Source: Candidatus Micrarchaeia archaeon
Lineage (GTDB): Bacteria; Chloroflexota; Dormibacteria; Aeolococcales; Bog-877
Direction of reading: 5' to 3'
Length of the DNA: 64,000 nucleotides
NCBI GenBank assembly: GCA_035533215.1
Contig: DATLUG010000028.1
Location: 7,680 to 71,679 of the forward strand
The stretch's first letter is position 1. Every line of letters begins with the position of its first letter. A program made the position numbers and the translations under genes. The notes under the pieces were generated by a model, which was not told where the DNA came from, did not search any database, and saw nothing but the letters and a program-made list of their open reading frames with translations. Below, piece by piece: positions 1-9,600 of the stretch.

Positions 1-1187
1 GTGAGCCGGTCGGGGAGGACGTCGCGGTAGCCGGGGAGGCGGCCGAGCCACGACCAGGGCAGTGGCACCCCCACCGGCCGGCCGCCGACGTGGAGGACGG
101 GCCCGAGCGCCAGCACCAGCGCGGCGGCTCCCACCGCGGCGGCCGCCCAGGCCCAGCCGCGGCGCAGGATCAGGGGCGCCGCCAGCGCCAGGGCCAGCAG
201 CGGCACCCCCAGGTACGCGTCCCACTCCGAGAGGTTGGCGGTGAACCGGGTGGTGAGGTGGACCGCGCCGGCGGGGGCGAAGTGGAGGACCGCGGTGGGG
301 ACGACCAGGCCGAGGAGGTCGGCGACGTACCGTCCCGACGGCTGCACCGGCCCTTGGCCGAGCCGGGCGGGCCCGTCCAGCTGGACGAGGAGCGGGAGGG
401 CGGCCAGCACCGCGAACGTCACCACCGCAACGGGCGCGGCGCCCAGACACCGCCCCGCGCCGCGTCGCACCGCCCCCGGATGGGTGAGGGCCAGCCAGGC
501 GCAGAGCAGAAGGCCCATCAGGGCCTCGGTGAGCAGCAGCTCCTCGCTGGTGAGGAGCTGGGCCGCCAGCACCACCCCGGCGGCGAGGCCCACCCGCCCC
601 GGCCGGGCCCGTCGCCGCGCCACCAGCTCGTGGACGCACAAGGCGAGGAGCGGCGGGCCGCAGATGGTGACGAGGGGGAGGTGAGCGCCGGTGGCCTGGG
701 CGACGACGTATGGGGAGAAGCCGTAGGCGAGGCCGGCGACGACGGCGGCCATCCGGTGGCGCACCAGCCGGGCGGCGAGGAGGTAGGCGGAGAAGGCGGA
801 GGCGACGACCGCGCCGGTGAGGAGGGCGGCGTAGGCGACGACCGCGCCCAGGGTGACGGTGAGGGGAGCCGCCAGCAGGGCCAGCAGGGGGGTGGCGTTG
901 TTCCACATCAGGTTGACCGGGCCGGGATGGTCGAGATAGCGGGTGAGCAGGGGGTCTCGGCCGTGGGCGAGGGCGAAGGGGAGCCAGCTGAGGAACCAGA
1001 CGTGCTGGATGGCGTCCTGGGCGGTGCCCACCAGCCGCCCCCCGGGGTCGCGCCAGGCTCCGATCGTGAGCAGGGCCGACAGCAGGAGATACGCGGCCAG
1101 GACCGCCGCGCCCCGAAGGGGGCTGCGGGGGACGGCGGCCCCGCGGCCCGGGGCGCCCGCCGTCGTCCGCGGAGCGGCGGGGATCAC
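1..1187 (-). CDS. Polytopic integral membrane protein, N-terminal ~395 aa only; the 3' end runs off the window start. Possibly a GT-C-like glycosyltransferase or other envelope protein.
   Basis: Hand translation of the minus strand from GTG at ~1187 gives a continuous hydrophobic reading frame (VIPAAPRTTAG...LLSALLTIGAWRDPGG...WFLSWLPFALAHGRDPLL...) with no stop down to position 1 and high GC3. The ORF track omits it because it lacks an in-window stop. The plus-strand ORF 90..1832 is its antisense artefact. Confidence 0.5.
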   Translation of the reverse strand, partial: MIPAAPRTTAGAPGRGAAVPRSPLRGAAVLAAYLLLSALLTIGAWRDPGGRLVGTAQDAIQHVWFLSWLPFALAHGRDPLLTRYLDHPGPVNLMWNNATPLLALLAAPLTVTLGAVVAYAALLTGAVVASAFSAYLLAARLVRHRMAAVVAGLAYGFSPYVVAQATGAHLPLVTICGPPLLALCVHELVARRRARPGRVGLAAGVVLAAQLLTSEELLLTEALMGLLLCAWLALTHPGAVRRGAGRCLGAAPVAVVTFAVLAALPLLVQLDGPARLGQGPVQPSGRYVADLLGLVVPTAVLHFAPAGAVHLTTRFTANLSEWDAYLGVPLLALALAAPLILRRGWAWAAAAVGAAALVLALGPVLHVGGRPVGVPLPWSWLGRLPGYRDVLPDRL

Positions 1188-1234
1188 CACGTCCGCCCCA
1201 TGATCGCGGGCGGAGGGCCGACGCCGCCCCGGCC

Positions 1235-1630
1235 TCAGAGACGAACGACCACGATCCCCGGGATCGCCTGGAAGTCACGATCCTGGGTGACGACGGGGAT
1301 GTCCCGGGCGCTGGCGGTGGCCGCGATCAGCGCGTCCAGGACCGGGACCCGGCGGCTCCGCGCGCGCAGCGACGCGACGATGCGGGCGAACGCCCGGGCG
1401 AACGCCCGGGCGACCTCGATGTCGACCGGGAGCGGTTCCCACCCCGACTCCACCGCGGCGAGGGTGGCGAGCCGGCGGTCCCGCCGTGACTCGTCGGCCA
1501 GCAGCACGCCCACCGTCAGCTCGGCCACGGTCACGACCGAGACCTCGGTCTCGTCGACGCCCGCCGGGGGTGAGATGGGCCGACCGGTCTCGGCGGCCAC
1601 GAAGAAGGAGGTGTCGAGGAGGGCTCTCAC
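1235..1630 (-). CDS. vapC: Type II toxin VapC (PIN-domain ribonuclease)
   Basis: 131 aa with the PIN-domain signature (N-terminal D in LLDTSFFV, the conserved E of AAETG, and C-terminal VVTQDRDF). It has a 4-nt overlap with the upstream antitoxin gene. Confidence 0.8.
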   Translation of the reverse strand: MRALLDTSFFVAAETGRPISPPAGVDETEVSVVTVAELTVGVLLADESRRDRRLATLAAVESGWEPLPVDIEVARAFARAFARIVASLRARSRRVPVLDALIAATASARDIPVVTQDRDFQAIPGIVVVRL

Positions 1631-1872
1631 ACGTCGTCGGTGGTGTCGGGCAGAGCCGCCCGCAGCTCCTCCAGCAGGCCCCGATCCGCGGCGGCGCGGT
1701 GGGCCACCGCCAGCGCCACCGCCATCGGAACGGTGGCGCGGCGGTGCAGCGGGGCGAGGGTGGCGACCGGCCGCCGCGCCACCGTCACCGTCAGCCGCTC
1801 CCCGGCCTCGACGCGGCGCAGCACCTGGCTGAGGTGGTTCCGGAGCTCGCGGACCGAGATCGCCACATCCAT
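1627..1872 (-). CDS. Type II antitoxin, Phd/YefM family (VapB partner)
   Basis: 81 aa; MDVAISVRELRNHLSQVLRRVEAGERLTVT is the typical Phd/YefM N-terminus. It sits immediately upstream of the PIN toxin and overlaps it. Confidence 0.7.
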   Translation of the reverse strand: MDVAISVRELRNHLSQVLRRVEAGERLTVTVARRPVATLAPLHRRATVPMAVALAVAHRAAADRGLLEELRAALPDTTDDV

Positions 1873-1921
1873 GAAATGGAGCGTAGCCTATGTGGCGACA
1901 TGGCGCCGTGTCGGGTGGGTC

Positions 1922-4099
1922 TCACCAACCTCGTTCGTCGGTGAGCTGGAGGGAGTCCCGGAGGGCGCCGGCCGCGGCCCGGACCGCGGCGGGGTCCGCG
2001 CCGTGGTCGGCGGCGGCCGCGTCCCGGGTGCGGCCCAGCCCCGCCCGCCTCGCGACCAGGGCGGCCAGGGCCGCGGCCACCACCGGGGCGGGCTGGTCCG
2101 GGAGCGCGGCCACCCCGCCGAGGCGCCCCCACGCGGCGAGGCAGCGGACCACCAGGGGGAGCCCGAAGCGGGGCAGCTCCACCTGCCAGAGGCGGTCCGC
2201 GACCGGGTCGAGCGGGATGCGGGGCGGCGGGGCTCCCGCGAAGAGCTGCGGGGCCACCCTTGGCCCCAGGTCCGGGCGCGGCAGGCGGGCGTCCTCCGCC
2301 CCCTCGAACGGGAGGACCTCGTCGATGGCGGGCCGGCCGGCCGCGAGGTGCCAGCGGAGGCTGAAGGGATAGACGACGCCGCCGGCGAGCAGCTCGCCGG
2401 TGGTGCACTGGAGGTACCCCGGCTCCGCCTCCAGGGTGACGAAGCCCCCCTCGCTGGGGAGGATGCCGACGGGTAGCCCGACCCCGATCAGCGGGCCCCC
2501 GCCGCCGTAGAGGCGGTAGAGGACCCGCAGCGGGGAGCCGGGGTCGGACCGCTTGCGCGGGGCCGGGTCGCCCCGGCTGACCGCGGCCCAGAAGTCGCCG
2601 GCCAGCTTGTGGCCGACCCGGCTGGCCCGCTCCTGGCGCACCTCGGCCTCGTGGAGCTGGCGGAGGTGGTCCATCACCTGGCGGACGGCTGCCGGCGCGC
2701 GGTCCGCCCGGTCCGCCCGCGTCTCGGGGTGGTGCGGTCCCCGCTCCGGGGTCGGCGGGAGTCGTCGGCCGGTCGGGGCCGGCGCCCGCCGCGCGGGCGG
2801 CCGCGCCCCTGGGGGCGGTGGCCCTGGGGGCGGTGGAGCCGCCACCGCCCCCAGGGCCAGGGTCAGCTGCGTCGCCGGGTCGGCCGCCGGCGGCGGCGCG
2901 GGCGCGGCCGCTGACGCCGGGCGGCGGCTGGCGTCGGTCCGCCGCGGCTCCGTGGCCGGCGGTGGCACCGGCTGGGCTGGGGGCGGGTCGGCCGTCCCGG
3001 GGGCGGCGGGTTCAGCCGGCGCCGCTTCCTGCCCCACCGCCGCGGCGGGCTGGGTGCGCGGCTCGACGCAGGTGCGGCAGCCGAGCCGGTCCCGGGCCGC
3101 CACCAGCGGGGACCCGGAGCCGCAGGCGGGGCAGCGCAGAGGGCTGAACTCGGCCGGGGTGAGCCACCAGGTGAGCGCCAACGGGAAGCGTCGATCCCCC
3201 CGCCGGACGGCGACCTCCAGCTGGAGCGCCGGGACGAACAGCAGGTGCAGCCGGATGGGTCGGATCGCGAACCGGGGCGCGGCCGCCTCGCGGATCGCGG
3301 CGAGGCGCCGGGACCGCTCCGCCCGGGTGACCTCGTCCTGCGCGTCGAGGAGCCGCTGGCGCTCGACCGGGGCCGTCTCCCGACGCCGCGCGATCGACTC
3401 CAGCTGGCCGGTGTAGTACGACTCGGCGAGGGCCAGCTCGTCGGCCGTGGCGGCCTCGGCCAGACGGGCCAGCTGGCGCAGGCGGAGGCGCACCCGCGCC
3501 TCCAGGCCGGCATGGGCAGCGGCCACCGCACGGGCCAGGTCGGGCTCGGCGGCCAGGTGCTGGGGGCGGCCCTCCAGCCGGTGCGCCTCCGAGAGGCGCC
3601 GGCCGAGCTCCATCCGCACCGGCAGCCCGGTGCGGGCGTCGACCCACACCTCCTCCCGCTCGTGGACGGGGTCGTGGACGGTGTAGGTCACCTGCACGCC
3701 GACCCGCAGGACCGGCGCGTAGCGGGGCACCGCCGCGCCCACCTGGTCGAGGCGGCCGTGATCCACCCCGATGCGGTCGCGGGCCTGGGCCAGCAGGGCC
3801 TCCGTCGTCGGCGGGACCTTGGCGGGCCAGTCGAGCCAGATCGTCCCCGCGTCGCCCTGCTCCAGGACGTGACCGGCGGCGGCGTCCATCACCGGGTGGC
3901 CGGGGATCAGCAGCAGGGCGCCCTCGTCGCGGGCGACCTCCGGGTCGGTGGTGGCGGCGATCGACTCGGGCAGGCCGAGGTGCTCCTGCATCGCCCGCGG
4001 CAGCACCAGCAGGGCATGGTCGCCGCGGGGCTCGGCGAGGGCACCCTCGCGCTCCGCGTACCGGAGCCAGAAGCGGAACGCCGGCTCCTCGGTCAGCAT
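1922..4099 (-). CDS. Helicase-associated hypothetical protein with a central C4 zinc ribbon (CPACGSG-x14-CRTC), a Pro-rich linker and a C-terminal globular domain
   Basis: 725-aa ORF with high GC3, 25 nt downstream of the SNF2 helicase on the same strand. Zinc-ribbon motif RCPACGSGSPLVAARDRLGCRTC. No family recognised; it is not a SWIM CxCxnCxH motif. Confidence 0.55.
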   Translation of the reverse strand: MLTEEPAFRFWLRYAEREGALAEPRGDHALLVLPRAMQEHLGLPESIAATTDPEVARDEGALLLIPGHPVMDAAAGHVLEQGDAGTIWLDWPAKVPPTTEALLAQARDRIGVDHGRLDQVGAAVPRYAPVLRVGVQVTYTVHDPVHEREEVWVDARTGLPVRMELGRRLSEAHRLEGRPQHLAAEPDLARAVAAAHAGLEARVRLRLRQLARLAEAATADELALAESYYTGQLESIARRRETAPVERQRLLDAQDEVTRAERSRRLAAIREAAAPRFAIRPIRLHLLFVPALQLEVAVRRGDRRFPLALTWWLTPAEFSPLRCPACGSGSPLVAARDRLGCRTCVEPRTQPAAAVGQEAAPAEPAAPGTADPPPAQPVPPPATEPRRTDASRRPASAAAPAPPPAADPATQLTLALGAVAAPPPPGPPPPGARPPARRAPAPTGRRLPPTPERGPHHPETRADRADRAPAAVRQVMDHLRQLHEAEVRQERASRVGHKLAGDFWAAVSRGDPAPRKRSDPGSPLRVLYRLYGGGGPLIGVGLPVGILPSEGGFVTLEAEPGYLQCTTGELLAGGVVYPFSLRWHLAAGRPAIDEVLPFEGAEDARLPRPDLGPRVAPQLFAGAPPPRIPLDPVADRLWQVELPRFGLPLVVRCLAAWGRLGGVAALPDQPAPVVAAALAALVARRAGLGRTRDAAAADHGADPAAVRAAAGALRDSLQLTDERGW

Positions 4100-4124
4100 C
4101 CGCTCGCCCCCGGCCCGGGGCGGC

Positions 4125-5843
4125 TCACTCAGCCGCCGCGCCGACCAGGGCGTCGGTGCGCTGGCGGCTCTCCAGGTACTCCTGGCGGCCGCGCGCCAGC
4201 TGGTCGCCGAGCACCTCCAGGCGTTCTGCGAACTCCTCGTCGTGAGCGCTCGCGACGTGGGCGTCGAAGACCGAGCTCTCGAAGTCGAACTCCTCGTCGA
4301 CCCGGCCCAGGATCATGTCGAGCTCGCCCACCACCAGCTCGAACAGGTTGATCCGCCGCTCCAGCACCCGTAGGATCCGGTCCTCGATGGTGCCGGAGCC
4401 GACCAGGTTGGCGAGGACGACCTCGTGGGCCTGGCCGATCCGATGGATGCGGCCGAGACGCTGCTCGATCCGCATCGGGTTCCAGGGCAGGTCGAAGTTG
4501 ATCATGGTGTGGCAGAACTGGAGGTTGCGGCCCTCGCCCCCGGCCTCGGTGCTGAGCAGGACCGGTCGCTCGACCTCGAAGCTGCGGATCGCGGCCTCCT
4601 TGTCGGCCCGCGGGAGGCTGCCGTGGTAGAGGGCGTGGGCGATGCCGGCCCCGTCGGCGACCGAGGACAGGAACGCCAGGGTGCGGCGGAAGCCGGTGAA
4701 GACGATCACCCGCTCCTCCCGCGCCAGGTGCCGCCTGAGCCGCTCCACCAGGACCTGCGCCTTCTCGGTGGTGGCGACCGCCGCCGCCCGGTTGGCGAGG
4801 TCGGGCCAGCCCACCGCCCGGAGCCCGGCCGCGAGCGCGGCGGGGCTGGACCCGGCCAGGCGCAGGACCTGGCGCAGGGCGAGCGAGCGGGCCGGCGGGG
4901 CCAGCCGGCCCTCCTCGCGGACCCGTTCCGAGACCAGCCGGTAGAGCTCGGCCTCCTCGGCCGCCGGCGCCACCCGCTGGGTCTCGGCCAGGCGGCGGGG
5001 GAGCATGAGGGCGACCTCGCTGCGCCGGTGCCGGACCATGACCGAGCGGGTCCGCCGCTGCAGCTCGGCGAGACGGCGGGCGGGCTCGGTCCCGTTGGCG
5101 GCGCCGTGCTGGCGACGGAACTCGCGCGCGGTGCCGAGGTGACCGGGGCGGACCAGGCTGACCAGGTGGAAGAGGTCATCGAGGCGGTTCTCGACCGGGG
5201 TGGCGGTGAGCAGGAGGAGGTAGCGGGTGCGCAGCTCGCGGGCCAGGCGGGCCGACCGGCTGGCGGGGTTCTTCAGGTGGTGGGCCTCGTCGGCGACGAC
5301 CAGGTCCCAGACGGTGCCGAGGAGCACCGGCCGGAGCGGGTCGCGGCGGGCCGACGCCAGCGAGACGATCACGACCGGATCGTCGCCGCCCTTCGACTCC
5401 AGGTCGCGGGCCCCGGCGCGGGGCACCAGCGACGGCAGGGCGAACTTGCGGTCGAGCTCGTCGCGCCACTGGTCGACGAGCCCGGCCGGGGTCAGGACCA
5501 GGACGCGGCGGGCCAGGCCGCGGAGGCGAAGCTCGCTCAGCACCAGGGCCGCCTCGATGGTCTTGCCGAGGCCCACCTCGTCGGCCAGGATCGCCCGTCC
5601 GCGCATGGTGCGCAGCGCCAGCTCGGCGGCGCGGAGCTGGTGGGGGAACGGCTCGAACCGCAGCCGCGGCAGGGAGATGAAGGTGTCGAACCCGTGTCGG
5701 GCCCACACCGCCAGCGCCTCCTCGACCAGGCTCGACGTCTGCGGGTCCGCGGCCAGCCCGCGCCGGAGGTGCGCCAGCAGCGGGTGGTAGCCGGCCAGGG
5801 GGTCGGCGGATGGAGCGCTGCCCTCTCCCATCGGAGTGCCCAT
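4125..5843 (-). CDS. SNF2/RapA-family DEAD/DEAH-box helicase (ATPase)
   Basis: Walker A motif DEVGLGKT, DEAH box (VVADEAHHLKN), SNF2 motifs TATPVENRLDDLF and helicase C-terminal motifs (QRLGRIHRIGQ). The track ORF extends to 6497, but the first ~218 codons are low-complexity with poor GC3. ATG at 5843 (MGTPMGEGS...) is the likely start. Confidence 0.85.
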   Translation of the reverse strand: MGTPMGEGSAPSADPLAGYHPLLAHLRRGLAADPQTSSLVEEALAVWARHGFDTFISLPRLRFEPFPHQLRAAELALRTMRGRAILADEVGLGKTIEAALVLSELRLRGLARRVLVLTPAGLVDQWRDELDRKFALPSLVPRAGARDLESKGGDDPVVIVSLASARRDPLRPVLLGTVWDLVVADEAHHLKNPASRSARLARELRTRYLLLLTATPVENRLDDLFHLVSLVRPGHLGTAREFRRQHGAANGTEPARRLAELQRRTRSVMVRHRRSEVALMLPRRLAETQRVAPAAEEAELYRLVSERVREEGRLAPPARSLALRQVLRLAGSSPAALAAGLRAVGWPDLANRAAAVATTEKAQVLVERLRRHLAREERVIVFTGFRRTLAFLSSVADGAGIAHALYHGSLPRADKEAAIRSFEVERPVLLSTEAGGEGRNLQFCHTMINFDLPWNPMRIEQRLGRIHRIGQAHEVVLANLVGSGTIEDRILRVLERRINLFELVVGELDMILGRVDEEFDFESSVFDAHVASAHDEEFAERLEVLGDQLARGRQEYLESRQRTDALVGAAAE

Positions 5844-6629
5844 CGTAGGGCGGGGGGGCCCGGCCCGGGGCGGCCGGGCTCCGACCGAAGGGAGGCCGAT
5901 GCGGAGGGCGGCGGCGCGCTGGGCCGCGTTGCCCGGCGCGAATCCGATGGCCTCCCCGGGGTCCGCCAGCCGGGGGGGTGCGAGCGACGACACCGGCCAG
6001 GTTCCAGGCGTCGAACGCCCGACCCACGTGGGCACGGAGCGGGCGCAGGGCCGCCGCCTCCACGCGCTCTGGGCCGGGTCCGACGACCGGCACCGGCCGG
6101 GCCGGCCGGTGCCGGGGTCCGCGTCCAAGGTCCCGGTGGTCATGGTCCGCTCCGGGTCGTCCAGCACCCCGGTGGACTCGGCGCGGCCGGTTCCTTGGGC
6201 CAGGTCGGCGCGGGCCAGCACCGGGGGGTCCGCGCAGCGGGTCACGGGGGGCCCGCCGCGGGTTGCGGCGACGGCGGGCGACGGGCGGCCGCCCCGGTTG
6301 GCCCCGCCGGCACCGACCCAAGGAGCCCTCGACCTGGCTCGCCGGCGCGTTGGTCGATCCGCGGGATCGGCGTCCTGGGCGGGGTCGAGATCCCTCCCGG
6401 GAGACGTCGACGCTCCGCCCGTCGCCGGCGGCGCAGGCCGCCAGGCGCGGTCCTCGGGTCGCGCCGGAGCCACGGCGTCATCCGCCCGGGCCGTCACGAG
6501 CCTCGCCGGCTCTCAGCCGGATCGCTCGGCGAAAGAGCCCCGCGCGGGCGGCCGGTATCCTGTCCCGGGGCAGGCGGAGGCGGGTGGTCCCGAGGGAGCG
6601 CATGCGGCGCCCCGTCCAGAGGCGTGTGC

Positions 6630-9600
6630 ATGGCGAAGGCCAGACGATCCGCGATCCAGTTCGGCACCATCATCGCCGGCAACTACCTGCCCTACGCGCG
6701 GGTGTTGGCGGCCTCGCTGGCGGTCTGGCATCCGGGCGCGCGGCTGCAGTGCCTCGTCATCGACGACCGCGAGGGCCGGGACCGGGGCGGCGAGCCGTCC
6801 TTCGACGTCCTCCACCTCGCCGACCTGGTCCGCGAGCCGGGCGAGCTGGAGCGGATGGCGATGTGCTACGACGTCATGGAGCTGGCCACCGCGGTCAAGC
6901 CGTGGCTGCTGCGGCACCTGCTCGAAAGGGGCGCCGCCGTCGCCGTCCACCTGGACCCCGACATCCTCTGCTTCGCCGAGCTCGACGAGGTGGAGGCCCT
7001 CGCGCGCGGCCACGGCATCGTCCTCACCCCCCACACCACCGAGCCGGTGCCCCGCGACGGGCGCAAGCCGACCGAGGCCGACCTGATGGAGACCGGCACC
7101 TACAACCTCGGCTTCGTCGCCGTCTCGCCGGCGGCGGCGCCGTTCCTCAGCTGGTGGCAGGTGCGGCTGCGGCGGGACGCGATCGTCGACCCCAAGGCGA
7201 TGCTGTTCACCGACCAGCGCTGGGTGGACCTGGTCCCCGGCTACTTCCCGGTGCACGTGCTGCGCGACCCCGGCTACAACGTGGCGTACTGGAACCTCGG
7301 CACCCGCACCATCGAACCGGCCGGGGACGGCTACACGGTGGGCGGCCGCCCGCTCCGGTTCCTCCACTTCAGCGGCTACGACCCCGACCGCCCCCACCTG
7401 CTCAGCCGCCACCAGGGCGAGCGCCCCCGGGTGCTCCTCTCCGAGCACCCGGTCCTGCGGCGGCTCTGCGACGACTACCGGCGGCGGCTCCTGCTGGCGG
7501 GCTACGGCGACCCCGACCTCCCCCGGTACGGGTACGGCCGGGTCCCCGGCGGCCCCCCCATCGACCGCCTGATGCGCCGGCTCTACCGCGTGGCCCTGCT
7601 CGCCAGCGAGGACGGCGGCCGCCCCGAGCCTCCCAACCCGTTCCGCCCCGGCGAGGCCCAGGCCTTCTGTGCCTGGCTGCGGGAGCCGGTGGGCGGCCCC
7701 GGCTCCCGCCTCACCCGCTACCTTGACTTCCTGTACCACGACCGGATCGACCTCCAGGTCGCGTTCAACGACGTGCCCGGCCCCGGGACCGAGTGGTTCC
7801 TCGGGTGGGCGCGCGACCACGGGGTCAGTGAGGAGGATCTGCCGGTGGAGCTGGTGCCGCCGCCGCTCGAGGCCGCGCCCGCCGACCCCGACGCCGCGTC
7901 CCTGCGGCGGCGTGCCGCCTCCTCGCGCGCCCCCCGCCCGGGGACCGCCGCGGCCGCCACCTGGCACGCGTTCGCGCCCCCCGGCCGCCGCCGGGCCGCC
8001 CCGGCGCGGCGGGTGCCGCCGACCGACGTCGGCGGCGGGGCCACCGGCCCCGACGACCCGGTCCAGGTGGAGGCGGACGGAGCGGTGGTGGCGACCGACC
8101 GGGGGCCGGGGCGGTCGTCCGCCCCCACCGTTCGCCGCCTCCCCGAGGGGGTCAACGTCGCCGGCTACCTGGAGGCCGACCTCGGTCTCGGGACGGCGGC
8201 CCGCGCGGTCCTCCGCGCGATCGAGCGGAGCGGGTCGGCGGTGGCGACGGTCGTGTACCGGGACACCCAGAGCCGCCAGTCGCGCCCGTTCGCCGCCCTG
8301 GTGGAGGGGGAGGCCCCCTACGACTGCAGCCTGGTCTGCATCAACGGCGACCTCCTCGGCAACTTCGCCCGCGATGCCGGCGCGGGCTTCTTCGAGGACC
8401 GCTACACGATCGCCCAGTGGCACTGGGAGACCGAGACCTTCCCGGCCTCGATGCGGGCCGGGCTCGGCTGGGTGGACGAGATCTGGGTCGCCAGCCGCTT
8501 CGAGCAGCAGGCGATGGAGCGCGAGACCGACAAGCCGGTGGTGGTGTTCCCGATGCCGGTGGTGGACGACGAGGCGGCGGCGCCGCTGGCCCTCCCCCGC
8601 GAGGCGCTCGGGCTGCCGCAGGGGTTCCTCTTCCTGTTCTGCTTCGACTTCCTCAGCGTCATGGAGCGCAAGAACCCGGTGGGGCTGGTGGAGGCCTTCG
8701 GCAGGGCCTTCCCGCCGGGGTCCGGCAGCCACCTGGTGATCAAGAGCATCAACGGGGAGCGCCGGCCGAACGAGCGCGAGCGGCTGCGGCTCGCCGCCGC
8801 GGCGCACACGGACGTCCGGCTGCTGGAGTCGTACCTGAGCGGGTCGGAGGTGCAGGCCCTCACCGCCACCTGCGACTGCTACGTCTCCCTCCACCGCTCC
8901 GAGGGGTTCGGGCTCACCCTGGCCGACGCGATGGCGGCGGGCAAGCCGGTCATCGCCACCCGGTACTCCGGCAACCTGGAGTTCATGTCCGACGAGACGG
9001 GCTACCTCGTCGACTGCACCCTGGTCCCGGTCGGGGACTCGGGCGCCCCCTACCCCCCCTCCCACCGCTGGGCTGAGCCCGACCTCGACGACGCCGCCCG
9101 GCTGATGCGCCTGGTGGTGGCCGACCCGGAGGCGGCCCGCGCCCGAGCCGCGCTCGGCCGGGCCGCCCTGCGCCGGCGCTTCACGACCGCGGCCTGCGCG
9201 GCGTTCGCGGCCGAGCGGCTGGCGGTGATCCGCGCCGCCCGGGCGCTGGCCCTGCCCCGAGAGCCGCTCGGGTGGCTGGACGCGGACGGCACCCGGCTCC
9301 CGGCCCCGCAGGAGCCGGCCCCGGCCGAGCCGGACCCGGCCGAGCCGGACCCGCCCGAGCCGGACCCGGGTGAGCCGGCTCCGCCCGACCGCTCCGAGGC
9401 CGACGGGCCGGCGGCTCCGGGTAACCCCGAGACCGCCGCGGCCGAGTCCTGGCCGGTGGGGGCCGGGCCGGTCGAGGAGGGAGAGCTGCCCGAGGTCGAG
9501 CCGGAGGGCGGCCGGCCGGACACGGTGGAGTCCGGGAGTCCGGAGGGGATGGGCGCCGACGGCCCTGAGATCCCGGAACCCGACGCCCTGCCGCCGGCTC

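Noticed and set aside
90-1832. 580-aa plus-strand ORF (and ORF 235..684)
   Set aside because: Low-complexity Gly/Arg/Pro-rich translation with poor GC3. It is exactly antisense to a well-formed hydrophobic minus-strand coding frame (1..1187) and to the vapBC genes. A typical shadow ORF of high-GC DNA.
1922-4099. Calling the helicase partner a SWIM zinc-finger protein
   Set aside because: SWIM requires CxCxnCxH. The observed motif is CxxC-x14-CxxC (a zinc ribbon). No SWIM-type spacing is present.
5844-6497. 218-aa N-terminal extension of the SNF2 helicase ORF
   Set aside because: Codons in this stretch have many A/T third positions (gat, cga, gga, cca, tct...), unlike the helicase body (>90% GC3), and the sequence is low complexity. 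An internal ATG at 5843 gives a normal-length SNF2 protein.
4425-6629. N-terminal 735 codons of track ORF 4425..10526
   Set aside because: Antisense to the SNF2 helicase and then running through a non-coding spacer; translation is low complexity. The genuine gene begins at ATG 6630 (MAKARRS...), where GC3 and domain content become protein-like.
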